From Candidatus Rifleibacteriota bacterium (GTDB lineage Bacteria > Muiribacteriota > Ozemobacteria > Ozemobacterales > Ozemobacteraceae): a DNA stretch of 64,000 nucleotides. Below are positions 34,653 through 44,323 of the stretch, in pieces; the first letter of the stretch is position 1, and each line of letters begins with the position of its first letter. Where the stretch lies: NCBI GenBank assembly GCA_024710355.1, contig JANJUX010000055.1, positions 34,248-98,247 of the forward strand, read 5' to 3'. The translations under genes were made by a program, and so were the position numbers. The notes beneath the pieces are model-generated. The model saw only the letters and a list, made by a program, of their open reading frames with translations, searched no databases and had not been told where the DNA came from.

Positions 34653-36077
34653 ATGAACAATCTCGTATGGTTCCGGCGCGATCTGCGCATTTCTGACAAC
34701 CGTGCTCTCACCGCCGCCTGCAACAGCGGTTGCGGTGTAAATGCCGTTTATGTGCTTACGCCGCAGCAATGGCAACAGCACGACGAGTCGGCTGCCAAGC
34801 TCGCTTTCTGGCACGCCTGCCTGCAGAAACTCGAAGCCGATCTGGCAACTCTGGGAATCGGCCTGCGACTGCTGGTTGCCCCGTCTTTTTCTGAAGTGCC
34901 CCGGGCTCTGCTGCAGCTGGCGAAGAGCATCGGAGCAACCGGTCTTTATTTTAACAACGAGTACGAGTGCAACGAAAATGCCCGTGACGACGCGGTGTGT
35001 GCCACCTTTGCCACTGCCGGCATAAAAACCCGGCGCTGCGACGACCGGGTTCTGCTGCCGCCCGGCAGTGTTTTGACCGGTAATTCGAGTTATTACACGG
35101 TTTTTACCCCGTTCCTGAAAGCCTGGTTGAAAAAAGCTGCTGAAACAGACCTTGCACCTTTGCCGGCGCCAAAACCGCCCGGTGCGGCGCTGGTTATCGA
35201 GAAGCCTGCCAGCGCTGCCTGGCATTGTAACTCCGACTGGCGCAGCGATCTGTGGCCGGCCGGCGAAGCGGCAGCGCAGCAGATACTGCAGAAGTTTGCC
35301 GCCGGCAGGGTGGGGGAATACCACCAGAAGCGCGACTTCCCTGGGGTTAACGGCACCAGCCTGCTGTCGCCTTATCTGGCGGCCGGCATTCTGTCGCCCC
35401 GGCAGTGTCTGGCGGCTTTGACCGGTGGTCAGAAAAACTGGCCGGCCGAAGGCTCCGGCGCCTGGGTCTGGTTGTCAGAACTGGTCTGGCGCGATTTTTA
35501 TGCGCATGTTCTCGTCGGGTTTCCGCGCGTCAGTCGCGGGCAGCCGTTCAAACTGCAGACAAAAGCCCTGCACTGGAATTACGACCCCGAAAAACTCGAA
35601 AAATGGCAGAATGGCCAGACAGGGTTTCCGATCGTCGATGCCGCGATGCGCCAGCTGCGGCAGACCGGCTGGATGCACAATCGCCTGCGCATGATCGCCG
35701 CCATGTTTCTCAGCAAATACCTGTTCGTCGACTGGCGGCTCGGCGAGAAGTTTTTTATGCAGAATCTGCTCGACGGCGACCTGGCCGCCAACAACGGCGG
35801 CTGGCAGTGGTCAGCTTCGACCGGCACCGACGCGGTGCCCTATTTTCGCATCTTCAACCCGTTCAGTCAGAGCGCCCGTTTCGACCCTGACGGTTCATTT
35901 ATTCGCAAATTCTGTCCCGAACTCGCCGAAGTGCCAACCCCGGCGCTGCACGACCCGAAAAAGCTTGCTGCAGCAGTCAGCTCGCTGAAGATCGATTATC
36001 CGCCTCTGCTCGTCGACCCGCAAAAAGCCCGGCAGCAGGTCATGACAGCCTTTAAAGCCATCGGGCAGGCACAATAA
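34653..36077 (+). CDS. phrB: Class I CPD photolyase
   Basis: WFRRDLRISDN, TSLLSPYL, ELVWRDFY, GWMHNRLRM and NNGGWQWSASTGTD..PYFRIFNP motifs. Confidence 0.96.
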   Translation: MNNLVWFRRDLRISDNRALTAACNSGCGVNAVYVLTPQQWQQHDESAAKLAFWHACLQKLEADLATLGIGLRLLVAPSFSEVPRALLQLAKSIGATGLYFNNEYECNENARDDAVCATFATAGIKTRRCDDRVLLPPGSVLTGNSSYYTVFTPFLKAWLKKAAETDLAPLPAPKPPGAALVIEKPASAAWHCNSDWRSDLWPAGEAAAQQILQKFAAGRVGEYHQKRDFPGVNGTSLLSPYLAAGILSPRQCLAALTGGQKNWPAEGSGAWVWLSELVWRDFYAHVLVGFPRVSRGQPFKLQTKALHWNYDPEKLEKWQNGQTGFPIVDAAMRQLRQTGWMHNRLRMIAAMFLSKYLFVDWRLGEKFFMQNLLDGDLAANNGGWQWSASTGTDAVPYFRIFNPFSQSARFDPDGSFIRKFCPELAEVPTPALHDPKKLAAAVSSLKIDYPPLLVDPQKARQQVMTAFKAIGQAQ

Positions 36078-36189
36078 AACAGCTGCCGCCTCAGATACGA
36101 CAGCTGTATAAAGGCAGGAACCCGGGGGGAATAAGGTGAAATCAGGCCGGCATGCTCTGATCCGTCGCGGAGAAAGATTGTCCGGTCGA

Positions 36190-36636
36190 TCAGATTTCTT
36201 CTTCGGTCAGCACTTCGATGCCGTTCTTCAGAAGCAGGTCGGCAGTGAAACCGTTGCCAGCGATCAATCTGCCCGAAAAGCTGCCGTCATAAACCTTGCC
36301 CTTGCCGCACGATGGCGACCTGGATTTGAGAATCGCGCTTTTGCAGCCGTATTCTTTCGCCAGGGCAAGTGTGATTTCGGCGCCGCGGTTAAACTGGGCC
36401 GTTACATCGGTTCCGGTTTTGCTGAAGACTTTTTCACCTTTAATTTCAGAAGGTACGCGCGGCGTCGTCAGCCCGCCCAGCTGTTCAGGGCAGACAAGAA
36501 TTGTCTTTTCGTTCTTGACCAGCTCTTTTATTTTTTCATAGCTTTTGCTCAGCCCGTCAAAACGGCACGGCACGCCGGCCAGGCAGGCGCTGACGATAAT
36601 TATGCCGCCTTCCGGTGCTTTATGCCTGTCATTCAT
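36190..36636 (-). CDS. DUF523 / 2-thiouracil desulfurase family protein
   Basis: VSACLAG..CRFDG, VCPEQLGGLTTPR and LKSRSPSCG motifs. Confidence 0.92.
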   Translation of the reverse strand: MNDRHKAPEGGIIIVSACLAGVPCRFDGLSKSYEKIKELVKNEKTILVCPEQLGGLTTPRVPSEIKGEKVFSKTGTDVTAQFNRGAEITLALAKEYGCKSAILKSRSPSCGKGKVYDGSFSGRLIAGNGFTADLLLKNGIEVLTEEEI

Positions 36637-37036
36637 TTTGCTTTGCCTTCTCGATCAGCAGTTCCGGAAACCCCGTTGCCTGGTCGAATTTTCTGGAAAA
36701 CGACCACTCAGGCAGGATTGCCAGAAGTATTTCGGCAGTGGTATCGATGATGCAGCCGTAGCTGACATGCGCTCCGGTCACTTTTCCTGACTCATCTGCG
36801 ACTGAAATATGCAGGTGTGCCCCGTCAGGCGAAACAGATCCCATCAGAGTTAGTATTTCAAAATTGCCCGGAAACATTTCGGGCTGTTCCTGGTCTGCAA
36901 GTCGCAGGCAGACGGGCTTGAGGCTGCCGATGCCGGCAATGACGAAAGCTGCCTTGCCGCCGCTCAGGCTCAGAGCCTGCTCTACCGCTTTCCACAGATC
37001 GTCGCCAGGTAAAAGTCTTATTGGCAGTGTTTGCAT
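36629..37036 (-). CDS. PPC/DUF296 domain protein
   Basis: IRLLPGDDL, GIGSL, EILTLMG, HLHISVAD..G.VTGAH and TTAE motifs. Confidence 0.92.
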   Translation of the reverse strand: MQTLPIRLLPGDDLWKAVEQALSLSGGKAAFVIAGIGSLKPVCLRLADQEQPEMFPGNFEILTLMGSVSPDGAHLHISVADESGKVTGAHVSYGCIIDTTAEILLAILPEWSFSRKFDQATGFPELLIEKAKQNE

Positions 37037-37087
37037 TTTTTTTTGTGGGCAATGCCTGCGAAAAGTCGCAGGCATTGCCGGAGGTGC

Positions 37088-37891
37088 TTATTTTATCAGG
37101 GCGGCAAGGCCGCTGAGGTTCATCTGCGCGATGTAGGCGTCGCAGACTTCGGGTTCGCCGGTGACGGTGACGTAGAAGTGGTGAATTTTGGTGGCTGCGG
37201 CCGGTTTGCGTTCGACGTAGACGGCCATGGTTTCTTCGTAGGGTTTGTTAACATAGGGGCCGAAGAAAAGAACGGTTTCGGCTTTGACATCATCGTGTTT
37301 GTCGCGACGAATGGCGAGGCTGGCGCCGGCGGGCGTCGGAATCACTTTATACGGGTGAAAGTCAGAACCGTTGGCATTGATGGCAACTTCGACCGTCAGT
37401 GATTTGGCTTCGAGGTCGCCGAGGGTTTTCTGCATTTTGTTCATACTGCTGTTGCCCTGCACCGTAGCCTGCATTTTCGCCTGTAGTTCCATGATTTTCG
37501 CCTGATCACCGGCTTCGGCGGCTTTCTGCATTTCTTCGCTGAGTTTGGCAAGCTGATCGCTCATGTTTTCGAGGCCGTCGGCATCGTTGGCCATCATGGC
37601 GCCGGCTTCCATGCTCTGCTGCATGCTCATTTCGCCCTTGTAGCTGCATGTTACATACATCTGGATCGGATATTTTTCTGAACCAACGCCGACTGTATTC
37701 GGAATGCTGATCTCTTCGGCTTTTTTTGCAATGCCATTCTGCGCATCGGGAAGCAGCCCGACGACTTTATTGTAAGCGGTTTGATAAAATGCCTTTTCAT
37801 CGGCATTGATCGGGCGTTCGGCGCCGCCGTCAGCAAAAAGAACCCCGGCCATCAGACAGAAAGCGGAAATAAGCATAACAAGTCGTTTCAT
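37088..37891 (-). CDS. Exported hypothetical protein
   Basis: Signal peptide, central Met/Gln-rich helical hairpin, codon usage typical of the genome. Confidence 0.75.
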   Translation of the reverse strand: MKRLVMLISAFCLMAGVLFADGGAERPINADEKAFYQTAYNKVVGLLPDAQNGIAKKAEEISIPNTVGVGSEKYPIQMYVTCSYKGEMSMQQSMEAGAMMANDADGLENMSDQLAKLSEEMQKAAEAGDQAKIMELQAKMQATVQGNSSMNKMQKTLGDLEAKSLTVEVAINANGSDFHPYKVIPTPAGASLAIRRDKHDDVKAETVLFFGPYVNKPYEETMAVYVERKPAAATKIHHFYVTVTGEPEVCDAYIAQMNLSGLAALIK

Positions 37892-37978
37892 TGGATTGTG
37901 TCCTCACAGTTGTGTATTTTCAAACCGCCGCTAATATACCGCTAACAAAGGTTACATCCAAGTCATTTTCTTGTAATA

Positions 37979-38024
37979 CAAAATAAAACCGGGCTGCCCC
38001 GCATTGCTGTGAGGCAGCCCGGTT
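37979..38024 (-). terminator. Rho-independent terminator of the ABC operon
   Basis: AACCGGGCTGCC / GGCAGCCCGGTT stem followed by a T-rich tract on the minus strand. Confidence 0.8.
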
Positions 38025-38037
38025 AATCCAATCTGGA

Positions 38038-38919
38038 TTACTCGCCGGCGGTGATGGCTTTGAACAGCTCTTCAAGGCTGAGGTTCGAAACGCTGTGGCT
38101 CTTGACCCGGTAGCTGGCGAGAATTTTAGCGAGTTCATCGTCAGAGAAGTCTTTGAGCACCAGTTCGAGTTCGGTGCCGTTGGTGCGCGCCGAAAGAATC
38201 GAAGGGTGAGCCGGAACCGCCTCAGCTGCCGCTTCAAGTCTGACGACGACTTTTCTGATGCGGCTTGAAAGCTCGTCGCGACTGCAGTCGACGACCAGGC
38301 GGCCGCCCGAAAGAATGAGAACATGGTCGCAGACGCCGGCGATGTCATGCAGTTCATGTGACGAAAGTACGACGGTTACGCCCTTTTCGACAAGTGATTC
38401 GATCAGGCTGTTGAGAATTTCATCACGGGCGACCACGTCGATGCCGCCGAACGGTTCGTCGAGCAGCAGCACTTCGGGGTCGGCTGCGAGGGCGAACGCC
38501 AGCTGCAGTTTGCGGCGCATGCCTTTGCTGAAGGTCGAAATTTTCTGTTCCGCATCGATTTTGAACTGGGTCAGGCAGGTCGTGTAGATATCGTGGTTCC
38601 AGCGCGGGTAGAGTGAACTGAAGGTGCTTTCGAGCATGCGGGCGTTCATCCAGGTGTAGAGGTGGCAGTCTTCGCTGACGAGCACGCAGCTCTGCCGCAG
38701 TCTGGCCGCATCGACTTCCGGGTCGATGCCGAGTGTCGCCGAACTGCCAGTGGTCGGCTGCTGCTGGCCGTTGAGAATGCTGAGAAGCGTCGACTTGCCG
38801 GCACCGTTGCGGCCGAGCAGGGCCACGACGCGCCCTTTCCCGATATTGGTGTTGAGGCCTGAAAACACGGTTCTGGCACCGAATGATTTGCTGAGATTGC
38901 TGATGGTGATGGTTTCCAT
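38038..38919 (-). CDS. ABC-2 type transporter ATP-binding protein (YtrB-like)
   Basis: GRNGAGKST, FSKGMRRK, LLLDEP and SSH motifs. Confidence 0.95.
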   Translation of the reverse strand: METITISNLSKSFGARTVFSGLNTNIGKGRVVALLGRNGAGKSTLLSILNGQQQPTTGSSATLGIDPEVDAARLRQSCVLVSEDCHLYTWMNARMLESTFSSLYPRWNHDIYTTCLTQFKIDAEQKISTFSKGMRRKLQLAFALAADPEVLLLDEPFGGIDVVARDEILNSLIESLVEKGVTVVLSSHELHDIAGVCDHVLILSGGRLVVDCSRDELSSRIRKVVVRLEAAAEAVPAHPSILSARTNGTELELVLKDFSDDELAKILASYRVKSHSVSNLSLEELFKAITAGE

Positions 38920-38920
38920 A

Positions 38921-39301
38921 TTATTTTACCTCCTGCTGTTCGAGCACCGAATCGAAGATGTTGCGGATCTGAGCCCGGTCAAGCCCCATGCTGCGGGCGA
39001 TGGCGATGATTTCGCCGATGTGTTTCGCCATTTCCTGGCGCGCCTGTTTGAGCAGGTCATCTGACGATTTTGGCGAGACGTAGGCGCCCTGGCCGCGCTT
39101 GAAGTAGATGACCCCCTCGTTGGCCAGGTCCTGATAGGCGCGGGCGATGGTGTTCGGGTTGACCTTGAGTTCGACTGCCAGCTCTCTGATCGAGGGAAGC
39201 CGGCTGTCGGGGCCGAAGACGCCTGCGAGAATTTCGCGGCGCATGCCGTCGGTTATCTGCTGGTAGATCGGGATCGGAGAACTTTCGTTGATGGTAATCA
39301 T
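38921..39301 (-). CDS. GntR family regulator, YtrA subfamily
   Basis: PIYQQI, LPSIRELA..LKVNPNTIARAY and RGQG motifs; short C-terminus. Confidence 0.95.
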   Translation of the reverse strand: MITINESSPIPIYQQITDGMRREILAGVFGPDSRLPSIRELAVELKVNPNTIARAYQDLANEGVIYFKRGQGAYVSPKSSDDLLKQARQEMAKHIGEIIAIARSMGLDRAQIRNIFDSVLEQQEVK

Positions 39302-41334
39302 AAGTCGGCCCCCCATTTCTTGAACACCGCTTCGATGCTCTGGTAGTCCATTTTGCGGGTAACACTGACGGTCGCAGTGTCGAGTTCGTAGATGCCGCCT
39401 TCGCCGGCCGAGGTTTCGCCTTCGATCATGAAACGGTTGCCACTGAGAGCATGGGGGCCGTTGAAAAGAGTGAAGCCGTGCACCTGCGAGTTATTTAGTG
39501 ACTGGGCGTTCAGCTCTGTGAATTCTTTGACGGTGCCGTCTTTGAGGTTGGCGGCGAACAGCTGCCGGCGCACCGGGGTTGCGGTGACGTCGCCGTAGTA
39601 GATGAACGCATGCTCACCGGTGCGTGAAATTCTCATCTTGACGCTGCCAGGGTAGGGGAAGCGCAGAATTTCGCGCGTGCTCATCGTTTCCGGGTCGACT
39701 TCGACGATGCTTTCGGTGCCGGGCGAATACCAGTCGAGTTCGTCTTTGCCGGCAATTTTGGCGACAATGCGATTGGCGGCGCTGATGCCGACGATTTTCG
39801 AGTTCGAGGCGATGCAGTTGAGAGGTTTGATCCGGCCATCAAAGTAGAGAACCTGCAGATCGTTCATCGGGCGGTCGAGCTCTTTGTTCCAGCGACCGTT
39901 GTCGACGACCATGAATTCGGGGCCGGCGCAAAGTATGTCTGATGCCGGTGAGTTGGGCAGCACGGTTTTTTTGCCGTCAGGAACCGATACCAGAAGCGTT
40001 TTGCCCTTTTCGTGATCTGAGGCCCCGGCGATATAGACTTTTACCGGTTTGCTGCGGTCTTCGTCGGGCACCAGCACATATTCTGAGAAGCCGAAATCTT
40101 CGCCGGCGGTAAAGACCACCTTTTCGCCCACGCTTTTTTCGAAGAGGGTGAACTGGGTGATGCTGTTGTTGCCTGATTTGATTTCTTCGGCATAGATAAA
40201 GCGGCGGTCGTCGATGAGTTTGAGGTCTCTGGTGTATTCGTCGATGCCGTCAGTGAGGATTTTGAGAATATTGCCTTCGCTGTCGATTACGGCATATCTC
40301 GGGCCGCGCAGCAGGCCGAATCTTATTTCCGGAATCTGGGCCAGCACCAGACCGCTGTTGTGGCTATCCTTGAAAACGTTGCTGTGGCGGCTGCCCACGC
40401 TTTTTACCAGCCCCAAAGCTGTATCATGCAGAAGAACGCGGCCGCTGTGGCTTGCTTCCTTAAACAGGTAGTCTCCGTCGCCAAAGACGCGCCCTTCGTA
40501 GAAGTAGTCCCTGACTATTCTTGGCTGAATTACATCCCAGAAAGGTGTTTTGCTGTAGACGCGCCAGACAATGGTCTTGCCGTCATTCATCGGCAGCCAT
40601 TCCGCGCTCTCTTTGACGTCGATGCGCCAGAAATGATCGGCGGCAGAGTTGAGCGCTGACCAGCCGACCAGCGAGAGCATGATTCCCGCCAGCAGCATGG
40701 CAATGCCTTTCACGCCACGCCAGGGCGAGCTCATGGTGCGGTCACCAAGAAATGTCAGCAGTGACAGGCCGAGCATGATCGCGGTTGCCAGGCCGGTCGC
40801 CATTACAAAATTCAGGTTGAGCAGTGTTGCTTCGGCCCTGAAAACAGCGTAGAGAACCGGTGCGATGATCAGGGTCGAAATGGTTGAGAAGCCCGAAGGC
40901 AGCATGGTAGTGAAGAAGCCGTAGGCGACGATCGTTACCGGCACACCGATAACCAGACCCGGGTTGCCTGAGATGAGTCGCCAGAGTTCGCCGGCGTCGA
41001 CACCGGCGGCAATGGCCATTACCAGATAGATCGCGTAGAGTGACGTGGTGTAAATGGCGGTGAAGATGAGTTTCGCCGCCCACAGGCGCAGGCGGCTGAC
41101 CGGCAGTGCGGTGAGAAAGCGCCAGGTGCCGTTGTTAACTTCTGAGCTGATCTGGTGGTTGGCTGCCAGGTAGATGAACAGCGGGCCCTGCAGAATGAAG
41201 AGAATTACCAGAGCCACGCCCGAGTCGAGCTGGCCGAAGAACGCGGCGGCGAGCAGCGACAGTGCCGCTACCGCGAGAATGATGACGAAGTACATTCTCT
41301 GTTCCAGGTAGTCTTTCAAGAGTATCGCTTTCAT
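39298..41334 (-). CDS. ABC-2 permease fused to a large extracytoplasmic beta-rich (propeller-like) domain
   Basis: EVNNGTWRFLTALPVSRLRLWAAK permease motif, 7 TM segments, then about 430 aa of beta-strand repeats. AAGGAG RBS before ATG 41334. Confidence 0.8.
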   Translation of the reverse strand: MKAILLKDYLEQRMYFVIILAVAALSLLAAAFFGQLDSGVALVILFILQGPLFIYLAANHQISSEVNNGTWRFLTALPVSRLRLWAAKLIFTAIYTTSLYAIYLVMAIAAGVDAGELWRLISGNPGLVIGVPVTIVAYGFFTTMLPSGFSTISTLIIAPVLYAVFRAEATLLNLNFVMATGLATAIMLGLSLLTFLGDRTMSSPWRGVKGIAMLLAGIMLSLVGWSALNSAADHFWRIDVKESAEWLPMNDGKTIVWRVYSKTPFWDVIQPRIVRDYFYEGRVFGDGDYLFKEASHSGRVLLHDTALGLVKSVGSRHSNVFKDSHNSGLVLAQIPEIRFGLLRGPRYAVIDSEGNILKILTDGIDEYTRDLKLIDDRRFIYAEEIKSGNNSITQFTLFEKSVGEKVVFTAGEDFGFSEYVLVPDEDRSKPVKVYIAGASDHEKGKTLLVSVPDGKKTVLPNSPASDILCAGPEFMVVDNGRWNKELDRPMNDLQVLYFDGRIKPLNCIASNSKIVGISAANRIVAKIAGKDELDWYSPGTESIVEVDPETMSTREILRFPYPGSVKMRISRTGEHAFIYYGDVTATPVRRQLFAANLKDGTVKEFTELNAQSLNNSQVHGFTLFNGPHALSGNRFMIEGETSAGEGGIYELDTATVSVTRKMDYQSIEAVFKKWGADL

Positions 41335-41430
41335 ATTCTGCTCCTTTATGCTATACAGAGGCATGTAGACCGTTTCAGGGCTCACAGGGGGACACTACGA
41401 CCGTGCACTGTCTCGCGTCTCGCTGTTTTG

Positions 41431-41477
41431 GTGTATTGCTCTACTAATACACTAAACTATTTCCGCAATAACGTCAA
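41431..41477 (-). promoter_or_regulatory. Promoter with overlapping YtrA-type operator
   Basis: Minus strand TTGACG-17bp-TAGTGT. Palindrome GTGTATT-N8-AATACAC (41431-41452) overlaps the -10 and resembles YtrA-family sites. Confidence 0.7.
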
Positions 41478-41724
41478 GCCCCCGCGTAAAAAAGTTTTTT
41501 GTCGTGTTGACTGCAGTGTTGATGCCAGTTATGTGGCTGGCTGCTTAATATTGATTCCTGCATAATAAAGCCGAATGTTAGACCGGGCCACCGAACCGGG
41601 TAAACCGATTTTGATTTTACAGTCATCAATAAAAGCTTGTGTCTGGTAATGGGTCAGAGTTTACAGGTGTTTTTACGATATAATTGGCGTGATTCAGGCG
41701 CGTGCCGTCGGAAGGAAAGCTGGA

Positions 41725-42933
41725 ATGCCGGAAAAATGGGATGTGGTGGTGGTTGGAGCCGGGGCTTCGGGGCTTATGTGCGCCGCCGTTGCCGGTGCCC
41801 GCGGGCGGCGGGTGCTGGTCGTCGACCATGCCGCGAAACCCTGCCAGAAGCTTCTGATTACCGGTGGCGGCCGCTGCAATTTTACCAACCGCACGGTTGA
41901 TTTCAACAACTTTGTTTCCGGGGTTCCGAGGTTTTGCAAGTCGGCTTTGAGCCGTTTCAAACCCTCTGATTTTATCAAAATGCTCGACGAACAGGGTATT
42001 GCCTGGTGCGAACGCGAGCACGGGCAGCTGTTCTTAAAAGGCAGCGCCCGGGAAATTGCCGACCTGCTTCTCGACAAATGCCGCCTGGCAGGCGTTACCA
42101 TCCGCTCTGCCTGCCGGGTCAATCAGGTCACTTTGGCGGCTGCAGCTTCTACGAGGGAGCAGGCGACTGCCGGTTTTGAGCTCGCCACCAGCGCCGGTGT
42201 GCTTGCGTGCGATTCGCTGGTTGTTGCTTCCGGTGGGCTGTCTGTGCCCGAGACCGGCGCGAGCGCCTTTGGCTTCGATCTGGCGGCGCAGTTCGGCATA
42301 AATGTCGTGGCTCCGGTTCCGGGGCTCGTGCCTCTGACTCTCGCGCCCGAAGATCGCGAAAAATTCGGCCCGCTTTCAGGTATTGCGGTTGCAGTGCAGG
42401 TCAGCTTCGAGAAACACGCGTTCAGAGAAAACCTGCTTTTTACCCACCGCGGCCTGAGTGGCCCTGTCGTTCTGCAGATCTCAAATTACTGGCGGCCCGG
42501 TGCAAAGCTAGAAATAAATTTCTGCCCCGACACAGATCTTTCGGCGCGTTTTATCGACACACGCCAGAACCGGCCCCTGGTCAGGGTTAAAACCGTTTTG
42601 TCCGACCTTTTACCAAAAAGGCTGGCTGAGGCGCTGCTGCCGCCAACCCTCGCCGAATTGCAGTGTGGTCAGCTGAGCAACCGGGTGCTTGAGCAGTTGC
42701 TGCAGATGGTTCAGCGCTACCCGCTCGTGCCCGCCGGCACCGAAGGCTATCGAGTCGCCGAAGTAACGCGGGGCGGCATTGACTGCCACGAGGTCTCTTC
42801 AAAAACTTTTGAATGCAGCAAAATCAAAGGCCTGTATTTCATCGGTGAAGTTCTCGACGTCACCGGCTGGCTCGGCGGCTACAACCTGCAGTGGGCCTGG
42901 TCATCAGGCCATTGCGCCGGTCAGTTCGTCTGA
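41725..42933 (+). CDS. HI0933/YhiN/BaiN family flavoprotein
   Basis: VGAGASG, ITGGGRCNFTN, LLFTHRGLSGP and GEVLDVTGWLGGYNLQWAWSSG motifs. Confidence 0.95.
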   Translation: MPEKWDVVVVGAGASGLMCAAVAGARGRRVLVVDHAAKPCQKLLITGGGRCNFTNRTVDFNNFVSGVPRFCKSALSRFKPSDFIKMLDEQGIAWCEREHGQLFLKGSAREIADLLLDKCRLAGVTIRSACRVNQVTLAAAASTREQATAGFELATSAGVLACDSLVVASGGLSVPETGASAFGFDLAAQFGINVVAPVPGLVPLTLAPEDREKFGPLSGIAVAVQVSFEKHAFRENLLFTHRGLSGPVVLQISNYWRPGAKLEINFCPDTDLSARFIDTRQNRPLVRVKTVLSDLLPKRLAEALLPPTLAELQCGQLSNRVLEQLLQMVQRYPLVPAGTEGYRVAEVTRGGIDCHEVSSKTFECSKIKGLYFIGEVLDVTGWLGGYNLQWAWSSGHCAGQFV

Positions 42934-42963
42934 TCACGCAAAATCTGTGGTGTTTTTGCAGGT

Positions 42964-44136
42964 CTACCTGGCGGTATAAAGGGCGGCGACCGGAATCAGT
43001 GTCACGCCGTCGACTTCTTCGTAGTTTTCGCCCAGATAGAAGACAAAGCCGCGTGCCGGCTGTTCAGAGCTGCGAACGAAATCTCTGACGGCACTGAGAT
43101 CTTTTGCAGAAGGCGCCTTTGCCGCTTTAATCTCTACCGCGTGAACCACGCCGTCAGCGGCAAAAACCAGATCGATCTCTTTTCCTGATGGGGTTTTGTA
43201 ATAAAAAAACTGCTCGGCTTTGATAAAACCCAGCTTTCTTCTTTTTTCCAGTTCTGCAATAACGAAATTCTCGAGCATCTGCCCCTCAGACACTTTTGTA
43301 GCAAAGGCCTGCATGATACCGTTGTCAGCAAAATAAGTTTTGGCGGCCTTGATGTATCTTTTTGCCGGGCCGAATTGCCAGCCGTAAAGCCTGAAGGTCA
43401 GCTCAGACATCTGCAGAGTGTTGAGATACTTCTTTGCTGAAGGCATGCTCAGAGATGCTTCCCGGGCAAAATTGCTCACTTCAAGGTGCGAACCTATGCT
43501 GCGGCAGAGGTTTTGAAAAATCGCATAAAGGCCTTCCCGGTTTTCAAGGTTGGCCATCTGAAGAATATCCCGGGTGAAGTAGGTGTTGCGGTAATTTCTG
43601 AGAATTTCGCTTTTCGCGGCAGAGTCAGCAGCAGTGACGACCTCGGGAAACATGCCGTTGGTCATTGCCGATTCAAGCTGCCTGGCTGCCTCTTTCAGAG
43701 TTTTCAGGTCTGCCCTGTCGTTAAAAACATTGTGTTGCGGTGGGCCGTTTTCTTCGCCCCAGCAGGCAGTCGGAAGCGAATAGAGATTGATTCTTCCGGC
43801 CAGGGTATCTGCGGCACTGTCGAGAAGGCCGATTGAACTTGAACCTGTCATAATTGCAGTTGCGTTAAGATTATCAACCGCAAATTTAACCGCCACTGTC
43901 AGTTTCGGAACCCGCTGTATCTCGTCAATTATAAAATTGTTGCCGAGACTTGCAATCAGGCCTTTGGGGTCGCGTTCGGCCCAGTCGAGATAGTCAAAGT
44001 CGTCGAGAGTGGCGTATTTAAACCCCGGAAACCGGCTTTTCAAAAAAGTTGTTTTGCCACACCGCCTTGGCCCGATTATCAGAGCACTATGGCCTTCTTT
44101 AAGCTCAAGCCAGCGTTTAAACATCATTGCTCCCAT
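42964..44136 (-). CDS. AAA+ ATPase with DUF4143 (C-terminal PD-(D/E)XK-like) domain
   Basis: GPRRCGKTT, IIDEIQR, TGSS, LAGR, KTYFADNG and EIDLV..AVEIK motifs. The true start may be 44127 or 44124. Confidence 0.92.
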   Translation of the reverse strand: MGAMMFKRWLELKEGHSALIIGPRRCGKTTFLKSRFPGFKYATLDDFDYLDWAERDPKGLIASLGNNFIIDEIQRVPKLTVAVKFAVDNLNATAIMTGSSSIGLLDSAADTLAGRINLYSLPTACWGEENGPPQHNVFNDRADLKTLKEAARQLESAMTNGMFPEVVTAADSAAKSEILRNYRNTYFTRDILQMANLENREGLYAIFQNLCRSIGSHLEVSNFAREASLSMPSAKKYLNTLQMSELTFRLYGWQFGPAKRYIKAAKTYFADNGIMQAFATKVSEGQMLENFVIAELEKRRKLGFIKAEQFFYYKTPSGKEIDLVFAADGVVHAVEIKAAKAPSAKDLSAVRDFVRSSEQPARGFVFYLGENYEEVDGVTLIPVAALYTAR

Positions 44137-44160
44137 TACAAGGATACTTCTAATATAGGC

Positions 44161-44227
44161 TGACTATTTTTAAAGTCAACTTCTAAAATAATCAGACTAT
44201 TTTTAAAGTCGACTTTTAAAATAGTCA
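44161..44227. repeat. Two tandem 33-34 bp imperfect palindromes upstream of the DUF4143 ATPase
   Basis: TGACTATTTTTAAAGTC-AACTTCTAAAATAATCA followed by GACTATTTTTAAAGTC-GACTTTTAAAATAGTCA. Confidence 0.85.
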
Positions 44228-44323
44228 GGCAAAAGTTTAAGTCAAAACTAAGTCAAAACTAACGCAAAACCCATGGCATGAAAGGCATTGCTGATAAACA
44301 AAAGATCCCGGACTTTCGTGAAT

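Noticed and set aside
44161..44270. Possible mini-CRISPR array
   Set aside because: The repeats abut with no unique spacers and there are no cas genes in the window.
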